Origin: Candidatus Eiseniibacteriota bacterium
Lineage (GTDB): Bacteria > Eisenbacteria > RBG-16-71-46
Reading direction: 5' to 3'
DNA: 11,046 nt
Assembly: GCA_041483195.1 (NCBI GenBank)
Contig: JBGPFC010000064.1
Location: 1 to 11,046 of the forward strand
The notes below the pieces were generated by a model, which worked only from the letters and a program-made list of their open reading frames with translations, had not been told where the DNA came from and did no database searches. The translations under genes were made by a program, and so were the position numbers. Numbering within the stretch: the stretch's first letter is position 1; each line of letters starts with the position of its first letter. Positions 1 through 6,015 of this stretch are shown piece by piece.

Positions 1-1
1 C

Positions 2-511
2 ACGCTCAACAGCTTCGTGAGCACCAATCCGGTGTTCGCGGTGGATGAGTCGGGCTCGTTCACGCTGGCGCCGGGGGCGAGCCTCACGCTGCACGTGACG
101 TTCACGCCGCCGGCGGCCGGGACCTACACGGGCAAGCTTTACCTCAGGTCGGTGAGCGCGAGCGAGCTGATCGCGCAGGACGTCGAGCTCCGGGGCGTCA
201 CCGGCCCGCGACCTTACTCGGCGCCGCTCGCGGCGGAACGGGCGACGGGCCGGTTCGAGCTCCACGCGGGGACCCCGAACCCGGCGCGCGCGGCGACCAC
301 GATCGCGTTCGAGCTGCCGCGCGCCTCGAGGGTCACGCTCGAGGTGTTCGGGGTGGACGGCCGGATGCGGGAGCGGCTGCTCGACACGGTGCTGCCGGCG
401 GGGTCTCACGAGCGGATCTGGGCGCCGAAGGACGCGGCGAGCGGCGTCTACTTTTACCGACTCACCGCGGGGAGCCAGGTCGCGACGCGCAAGGTGGTGT
501 TCTTGAGGTAG
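2..511 (+). CDS. 3' end (5'-truncated) of a secreted protein: ASH/choice-of-anchor-D-like Ig domain followed by a T9SS type A / FlgD-Ig-like C-terminal sorting domain
   Basis: The frame is open from base 2 (TLNSFVSTNPVFAV...) to TAG at 509-511, so the GTG at 17 is probably internal. 'FTLAPGASLTLHVTFTPPAAGTYTGKL' fits the ASH/Ig pattern. 'PNPARAATTIAFELP...VTLEVFGVDGR...ASGVYFYRLTAG...TRKVVFLR' fits the typical PNP...SGVY...K C-terminal secretion tail. Confidence 0.85.
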   Translation, partial: TLNSFVSTNPVFAVDESGSFTLAPGASLTLHVTFTPPAAGTYTGKLYLRSVSASELIAQDVELRGVTGPRPYSAPLAAERATGRFELHAGTPNPARAATTIAFELPRASRVTLEVFGVDGRMRERLLDTVLPAGSHERIWAPKDAASGVYFYRLTAGSQVATRKVVFLR

Positions 512-538
512 CGCGTGAGTGGGTCGCGGGTGCGCCGG

Positions 539-1894
539 CTACGCGCCCGCCGGCTCGCCGCTCACGCGCCGGTGCTCGCGCGCGATCAGCGCCACGATCG
601 CGAGCCACGCGATCACCAGCACGATGTTCACGCCCGCCACGCTCGATGGCGCGAGCCGGAGCGACGTCACCGCCAGCACCACGCCCGCCGACAGCACGTC
701 GCCCGCGCGCACGAAGAACGTGTCGATCGCGGCCTTGGCCTTGTACTTCGCCTCGCGGGTGGTGGGCAGGAACAGCGCCTGGCGCGTGGTGTTCTGGAGC
801 GAGTAGTCGGTGGCGTTCTCGAGAATCTTCACGCCGCGGATGACCCCGATCACCGGTGTCAGCGCCAGCACCGCGTAGCCGCCGAGCGCGATGACCGGCA
901 GCACGAACAGCGCGGCGCGCACGCCGAACCACTTGAGCACGCGCGACACCACGAACAGCTGCACCAGCGCGCTCACCACGTTCACCCACGTGAAGAAGCC
1001 AGCGTAGAACTGCCCGATGAAGCGCTCCTTGAATTCCGCGGAGGACGTCGTGCCCAGGTGTCCGGCCGCGATCATGCGGTCGGCGCCGAGCGCGAGCGTC
1101 TTGCCCAGGATGTACTCGCCGTTGGTGTTCACCACGTTCAGCACCAGCATCAGCAGCGCGATCAGCAGCAGGTAGCGGTCGCTCATCACCAGCCGGAATC
1201 CGCCGACGCTCTCGAGCGGCGCGTCGGCCGCGACCGTGTGTCCGGCCGCGCCATGCGCCGCGTGCTCGCGCGCGCTTACCACGCGCGAGAGCGCAGCGGC
1301 GAGCGCGAGCAGCGCGGCGGCGACCAGCATCGGGGTGTACGTGCCGAACGCGCCGATCAGGGGCCTGGCGATCCACGCGCCAACGATCGCGCCCAGGCTC
1401 GAGCCGAACGCCACGACCGCGAACAGCCGCTTGCCCTGCTCCGGGGTGTACACGTCGTTCGCGAACGACCAGAACTGGGCGACGATCATGAGGTTGAAGA
1501 TTCCGACCCACAGGAAGAACGCAACGCCGAGATGCTGCACCTTCATCTGCCCGAGCAGCCAGAAGACGGCGAGGTGGCTGATGAAGAACAGCGTCACCCA
1601 GCTGATCAGCTTCGCGCGGCCCACGCGGCTCGCGAACGCGCCGTAGGCCGGCACCAGCACCACCAGCAGCGCGGCCATCCCGGCGGAGGCGTAGCTCTTC
1701 ACCTCCGCGCCTTCGCCGCCGAGAATCAGCGCCTCGCGCAGCGGCTTGAGGATGTAGTAGCTCGTGAGCAGCAGGAACACGTCGAGCATCAGCAGCAGCG
1801 CGGTGAGCCCCTCGCCCGGCCGAACCTCGGCGAACGGCGCGAGCATGCGGTCCAGCGCCGTCCGGCGCGCGACCCGCGGGTGAATCTCGCTCAC
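539..1894 (-). CDS. TLC/NTT (Npt1/Npt2) family nucleotide translocase, MFS-like, about 451 aa
   Basis: C-terminal part of ORF 539..2665. The GTG at 1892-1894 overlaps the upstream TGA (GTGA). About 12 hydrophobic segments. Family-like motifs: YYILKPLREALIL, QFWSFANDVYTPEQGKRLF, NTNGEY, DYSLQNTTRQALFLP, KYKAKAAIDTFFVRAGD. Confidence 0.9.
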   Translation of the reverse strand: MSEIHPRVARRTALDRMLAPFAEVRPGEGLTALLLMLDVFLLLTSYYILKPLREALILGGEGAEVKSYASAGMAALLVVLVPAYGAFASRVGRAKLISWVTLFFISHLAVFWLLGQMKVQHLGVAFFLWVGIFNLMIVAQFWSFANDVYTPEQGKRLFAVVAFGSSLGAIVGAWIARPLIGAFGTYTPMLVAAALLALAAALSRVVSAREHAAHGAAGHTVAADAPLESVGGFRLVMSDRYLLLIALLMLVLNVVNTNGEYILGKTLALGADRMIAAGHLGTTSSAEFKERFIGQFYAGFFTWVNVVSALVQLFVVSRVLKWFGVRAALFVLPVIALGGYAVLALTPVIGVIRGVKILENATDYSLQNTTRQALFLPTTREAKYKAKAAIDTFFVRAGDVLSAGVVLAVTSLRLAPSSVAGVNIVLVIAWLAIVALIAREHRRVSGEPAGA

Positions 1895-3213
1895 GGCGCC
1901 TGCGGCGGGTGCGCGAGATCGATGCGGTCGAGCGGCGAGGCGCGGCCGCCGCTGCGCACGCGATACGCCTGCATCGTGAGCGCGCCATCCGGCGCGCCCG
2001 CGGGAGGGAGCGCCAGCCGGCAGAAGTTGTACACCGATTTCGAGAACACGGACGACGGCACGATGCCGATGCCCGGAGGCAGCGGCTTCGCCAGCTCGAT
2101 GTCGCGGATCCTGGGATCGAGCACGTAGAGCGGCGCGCCGCCCCCGGCGGCGGTGATGTGCCAGAACCCGCCGCCGTTCGCGCCGCGCACGAACACGCGC
2201 TGATACAGGTGCTCGTGCCCGGTGAACGCCGCCGTGACGCCGCGCGCGACGAACATCTCGAGCAGCCGCTCGCGCCGCTTCGCCGCGGGATCCTCCGGCC
2301 GATGGCTGTCCCACGCGTTGCGATAGTGGCCGGCCGAGATCAACGGGTGATGGAAGACGACGAACTTCCAGCGGGCGGGGAGCGCGAGCACCGAGTCGGC
2401 CCACGCGAGCTGCGCCTCCGCGAGGTCCGCCGCCGCGCCGCGATGCGTGTCGCGCAGCGCGTTGGAGTCGAGCACCACGATGCGGGCGTCGCAGTCGGGC
2501 AGGTCGAGCGCGAACCAGTAGCGCCCGGGCTCGGCCGGCGCGCCCATCGTCGCGTCCCAGTTGGCGCGGGCGAGCGAATCCGCGGTGCGCTCGTGGTTGC
2601 CGGGGGTGGCGACGAACAGCGTGCGCGCGCGGAGCGCCTCGTGACGGTCGACGAAGCGCCGCCACAGCCCGCCGCGCCGCCCGTCGGTGACCAGATCGCC
2701 GTTCGACACCACGAGATCGGCGGGCAGCTGCCGCTCGAGCGCGCGCAGCACGCTGGTCTCCGCGCCGCCGGTGGGCGCCTTGCTCCAGTGCGCGATGATG
2801 TCGCGGGGAATGTCGAGGTTCGGAACGATGCCGACCACCAGGAACACCGGAATGGCGGCGAGCCCGCGCGCGAGCTTGATCGGGTGCTTGAACGACATCC
2901 GCTTCACCGCCCGCATCAATCGCGAGTGCGCCTGCAGGCGCATGCCCGCGCGGTTGTCGCCGTAGATGAGCACGACCGTGCTGTCGGCGCCGTGGGCTGC
3001 GGCGCGTGCGCCCATGCGGTGGTGCGCGGCGTCGGTCGAGCCGGGCGCGAGCCGCGCGTCGCCGCCGGGCTCGAACGCGGTGACCGCGCCGGGCACCGGC
3101 GCCGCGCCGCGATAGGCGGCGATCGGCGCGCAGCCCGCGAGCGCGGCGACCAGGACGGCCGCAAGCGCCGGCGCTAGCGCGGCGCGGCGGACCGGCTCCG
3201 TGACGCGCGTCAT
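1891..3213 (-). CDS. Lipoprotein calcineurin-like metallophosphoesterase (purple acid phosphatase-like), about 440 aa
   Basis: ATG at 3211-3213 overlaps the upstream TGA (ATGA). The N-terminus MTRVTEPVRRAALAPALAAVLVAALAGC ends in a lipobox (LAGC). All five metallophosphoesterase motifs are in order: YGDNR, NGDLVTDG, PGNHE, VFHHP, FTGHEHLYQR. Confidence 0.9.
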   Translation of the reverse strand: MTRVTEPVRRAALAPALAAVLVAALAGCAPIAAYRGAAPVPGAVTAFEPGGDARLAPGSTDAAHHRMGARAAAHGADSTVVLIYGDNRAGMRLQAHSRLMRAVKRMSFKHPIKLARGLAAIPVFLVVGIVPNLDIPRDIIAHWSKAPTGGAETSVLRALERQLPADLVVSNGDLVTDGRRGGLWRRFVDRHEALRARTLFVATPGNHERTADSLARANWDATMGAPAEPGRYWFALDLPDCDARIVVLDSNALRDTHRGAAADLAEAQLAWADSVLALPARWKFVVFHHPLISAGHYRNAWDSHRPEDPAAKRRERLLEMFVARGVTAAFTGHEHLYQRVFVRGANGGGFWHITAAGGGAPLYVLDPRIRDIELAKPLPPGIGIVPSSVFSKSVYNFCRLALPPAGAPDGALTMQAYRVRSGGRASPLDRIDLAHPPQAP

Positions 3214-4529
3214 GGCGTCACCGCGTCGCGAGCGTCGCCCAGCCAGCGGCGCGCGATCGCGTCGCGCCGCGCGATCAGAACCTTCGCCAGGTAATCGGCC
3301 GAGCGCGGATCGGAATACCTTCCGCGCGCGATCGCGGCGCGAACGATGTCGTCCGAGAACGCCGCCACGATGCGCGCGCCCCACCGCACGTCCCGCTCGG
3401 TGCGCTCGTCGAAGGCGGGGTTGGGGTAATCCGGGCGCCAACCTTCCGGGTCGAAGGCGCTCGCCTCGATGAAGCCGACGCTCGTCAGGTGCGGGTCCAC
3501 GATCCTCTCCCATGGGAACGGCACGAGCCCCAGCGTAAGGAGCGAGCGCGCCATGACGCCGTAATCCACGAAGTACTCGTTGCCCGTCATGTACGACTTG
3601 CTCGCGATCGAGCCGGCGCCCAGGCAGCCGTTGAAGTCGATCAGGTAATGGCGCACGAACCGGCGGCCGCCCTCGTCCACCCACACGTCGAGCGAGTTGG
3701 GCCCGCGCACGTCGGCGTGGTTGGTCCACGCCGCGATCGTCCACAGCCCGCGCAGCTCGCGGCGCAGCTGGTGGGGGATCAGGTCCTCCGGGTCGTCGCG
3801 CCTGCGCCCGCGAAACTCGCGGGGGCCGAGCGGCTTGCCGCGAATCAGCCGGCTCACGAGCACGCGATAGCTTCCATCCGGCTCGCGAGCGGCCTTCTTC
3901 AGCAGGCGCGCGACGTCCTCGCGCGTCATCGCGCGCTTGCGCCCGAGCGCGTCGGTGAGCTTCGCGCTGGGGGAGACGTCCAGGCTCTCGGGGCGGAAGA
4001 ACGCGATCGCGTCGTCCGGCACGTTGTAGCCCGCCGCCCAGAACAGGTAGCAGGACACGATGTCGGCGCTGGTCGCCATCTCGAGGTCGTCCGGCTCGTC
4101 GAACTTGACGATGAATCGCGCGCCTTCCGCGTCCTGGATGAAGAAGCCGGGCGTGACGCCCTGGGTCTTCGCGCGCGTCACCGTCCAGCGGCCGGGCGCG
4201 GGGCCCGAGCCCGGGCCGGGTCCGCGCAGCATCTGCTCGACCGTCACCTCGCGAAATCCCAGCCGTGGCTGCCACCAGGTGCTCGGGAGCCGCACCCGAT
4301 CGCTCGAATCCACGTTCGCCGCCTCGCGCGGCCGGCGCGCGAGCTTGCGGATCCCGAGCGCCGGATCGAAGAGCCGCGTGACCGGGCGCACGAAGCTGTT
4401 GTCGAACAGGTCGTAGTAGTACGAGATCTCCGTGGCCTCGGGCTCCGGCGGGGCGGCAAGCGTGGCGGCATGCGCCGCCACCGGCGCGAGCGCGATCAGC
4501 GCGGCGCGCGCCGCGGCGCGCGCCCTCAC
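3210..4529 (-). CDS. Exported protein with an atypical kinase-like fold (HipA/PI3K-PI4K-like), about 439 aa
   Basis: GTG at 4527-4529 has GGAGG 6 nt upstream and overlaps the previous stop. Sec-type signal MRARAAARAALIALAPVAAHA. Ordered kinase-like motifs: QGVTPG (Gly loop), FIVKFD (beta3 Lys, codon 4104-4106), EMATSADIVSCYLFWAAGYNVP (alphaC region), HADVRGPN (catalytic loop, DVRGPN at 3696-3713), YLIDFNG (DFG-like, IDF at 3633-3641), C-terminal YLAKVLIARRDAI helix. The CDS is secure; the kinase call is motif-based. Confidence 0.75.
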   Translation of the reverse strand: MRARAAARAALIALAPVAAHAATLAAPPEPEATEISYYYDLFDNSFVRPVTRLFDPALGIRKLARRPREAANVDSSDRVRLPSTWWQPRLGFREVTVEQMLRGPGPGSGPAPGRWTVTRAKTQGVTPGFFIQDAEGARFIVKFDEPDDLEMATSADIVSCYLFWAAGYNVPDDAIAFFRPESLDVSPSAKLTDALGRKRAMTREDVARLLKKAAREPDGSYRVLVSRLIRGKPLGPREFRGRRRDDPEDLIPHQLRRELRGLWTIAAWTNHADVRGPNSLDVWVDEGGRRFVRHYLIDFNGCLGAGSIASKSYMTGNEYFVDYGVMARSLLTLGLVPFPWERIVDPHLTSVGFIEASAFDPEGWRPDYPNPAFDERTERDVRWGARIVAAFSDDIVRAAIARGRYSDPRSADYLAKVLIARRDAIARRWLGDARDAVTP

Positions 4530-5908
4530 TCGACGCCTCCGAGCGTGTACTGGATCCGCAGCGCCTCGGCGCTCCAGTCCACGCCGATCGCGCCCAGCGG
4601 CGCGGCCTTCGAGCGCGGCCGCAACGCGACGCCGTACGAGCCCTTCAGGGTGTCGAGCCGCGCGTCGTGCTGGAGATCGGGGTAGACGCCGCCCGCCTCC
4701 GCGTGAGCTTCGAACTCGAAGCTCTTCGCGAGCGGGAAGATGTACGAGAGCTTGACCACCATCGCGTCGAGGTCGTGAAAGCGATGCGGCTCGAAGCCGG
4801 CGAGCCCTTCGGATCCGCCGAGCCGCGCGAGGTCGGGGAGCGGGAGCACGCGCCCCTCGCGGGGCGATGGCTCGGTGTCCACCGCCTTGAACCTCACTCG
4901 CAGCGTGCGCGGGTCGCGCATGAACGAAATGCCCGCCTCTGCATCGAGCGTGTAACGGTTGAACGAGTTGGCACTCTGAGCCGGCTTCGAGCCGTGGTAG
5001 GGCCCGAACGCACCGAGGGTGAAGTCGGCGTCGATGCGCTCGGCGCTGAACGCGGCGCGCGCTCCGTGCGTCCAGTGCGGCGCGCCGCCGCGCAGGTCGA
5101 CCGCGGCCCGCGCGCCGCTCACGACTTGCGCGAAGGACCGGTCGCGCTGGCGGGTCCTGGGGAATTCGACGTCGGTCGATGGCGACGCGCTGTCGTGTCC
5201 GCGGCGCGTCACCAGCGCGCGCTCTTCGAGCCACATCGACAGCTGTCCCCGCGGGCTGCCCCCCGCGAGTTTCACAGGAACCGCGAGCGCGAATCGCGCG
5301 GTCTGACTCTGCCACGCGTAGTCGCTCGCGCTCGAGTGCGCGGACTGGAGCCCGGTGCCGTAGAAGCGATCCTGCGGCCGCCACTCGCTCCGATACCCGA
5401 GCGAGAGCGGGCCGCCCGCAAGCGCGGCCTGCACCACTCCATATCCGCGCGTGCTGCCTTCCATCAGCAGCGTGAGCGGCCGCGCGGGCAGCGGCGGCCG
5501 GTAGCCGAGCTTCGCGCCGATTCCGGTGCGATCGCCGAGGCTCGCGGGCAGGATCGCGATCCCCGCGCGCGGGAGCTCGGCGAACACGAACAGCGCGCGC
5601 GGGATCAGCGACTGCTGCTCGGCGCGGAGCATCCCGTTGCGCGTGAGCCAGCCCAGCCCCGAGAGCGGAAGCGACACGATCCGGCCGGGCAGGCGCACCA
5701 CGGTCTCCCACGGCTCGGCCGCCGGGATCGCGCGCGGAGGGTTCCACGGTGGGGCGGTGGTGGGGCCGAGATCGTCCGGGCCGCCGTTCGCGGGCGCGGC
5801 GGAGGCGGTGTCCATCGGCGCGCCCTGCGCGCGCGCGGCCGCCGCGCCGAGCGATAGCCCGAACAACGCCAGCAGGATGGGAGCGACGGGGCCTGGGGGG
5901 CGGAACAT
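4526..5908 (-). CDS. Omp85/BamA-TamA-like outer-membrane beta-barrel protein without recognisable POTRA domains, about 460 aa
   Basis: ATG at 5906-5908 starts a signal peptide (MFRPPGPVAPILLALFGLSLGAAAARA/QG). Many alternating amphipathic beta-strands. 'RFYGTG' and 'LARLGGSEGLAGFEPHRFHD' resemble the Omp85 LGG..LRG(F/Y)...RF loop-6 motif. It ends with 'EAGGVY...SYGVALR...IGVDWS..ALRIQYTLG' terminal strands. Confidence 0.75.
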   Translation of the reverse strand: MFRPPGPVAPILLALFGLSLGAAAARAQGAPMDTASAAPANGGPDDLGPTTAPPWNPPRAIPAAEPWETVVRLPGRIVSLPLSGLGWLTRNGMLRAEQQSLIPRALFVFAELPRAGIAILPASLGDRTGIGAKLGYRPPLPARPLTLLMEGSTRGYGVVQAALAGGPLSLGYRSEWRPQDRFYGTGLQSAHSSASDYAWQSQTARFALAVPVKLAGGSPRGQLSMWLEERALVTRRGHDSASPSTDVEFPRTRQRDRSFAQVVSGARAAVDLRGGAPHWTHGARAAFSAERIDADFTLGAFGPYHGSKPAQSANSFNRYTLDAEAGISFMRDPRTLRVRFKAVDTEPSPREGRVLPLPDLARLGGSEGLAGFEPHRFHDLDAMVVKLSYIFPLAKSFEFEAHAEAGGVYPDLQHDARLDTLKGSYGVALRPRSKAAPLGAIGVDWSAEALRIQYTLGGVE

Positions 5909-5920
5909 GGCAGGTTCGCG

Positions 5921-5949
5921 ACGATTCCATGAAGCCCGCGGCAAGTCAA
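5921..5949 (-). promoter_or_regulatory. Candidate sigma70-type promoter for the minus-strand four-gene operon
   Basis: The minus strand reads TTGACT (5949-5944), 17 nt, then AATCGT (5926-5921), preceded by TGG (extended -10-like). This implies a very short leader before ATG 5908, consistent with the lack of a Shine-Dalgarno. Confidence 0.4.
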
Positions 5950-5977
5950 CGCCGGATCCACTTGCGGGTCCGGCGTT
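5948..5977. repeat. 12-bp imperfect inverted repeat in the divergent intergenic region (possible operator)
   Basis: AACGCCGGATCC (5948-5959), ACTTGC, GGGTCCGGCGTT (5966-5977): 11 of 12 positions Watson-Crick complementary, the other a G.T. Confidence 0.7.
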
Positions 5978-5990
5978 CGCCCGCTAGCGT
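5962..5990 (+). promoter_or_regulatory. Candidate sigma70-type promoter for the NTT-HEAT/cNMP operon
   Basis: TTGCGG (5962-5967), 17 nt, TAGCGT (5985-5990), ending 25 nt upstream of ATG 6016. Confidence 0.45.
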
Positions 5991-6015
5991 CCCGGGCTCC
6001 ACCCGGGGCCCCCTG

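Noticed and set aside
526..550. GC-rich hairpin between the convergent genes as a terminator
   Set aside because: No U-tract on either strand, and such stems arise easily by chance at this GC content.
462..4685. Long alternative-frame ORFs (462..1988 -, 515..2128 +, 1909..3177 +, 3489..4685 +)
   Set aside because: Arg/Ala/Gly-rich translations without motifs that overlap well-supported genes; typical shadow ORFs of high-GC DNA.
1895..5930. Apparent long N-terminal extensions of ORFs 539..2665, 1891..4275 and 3210..5930
   Set aside because: The extensions are off-frame readings of the upstream gene. Real starts are marked by 4-nt overlaps and signal peptides at 1894, 3213 and 4529.
5941..5977. 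Possible RNA pseudoknot (5941-5946 pairing with the loop 5960-5965 of the 12-bp hairpin)
   Set aside because: Connecting loops of 0-1 nt make it sterically implausible, and the region lies upstream of both predicted transcription starts.
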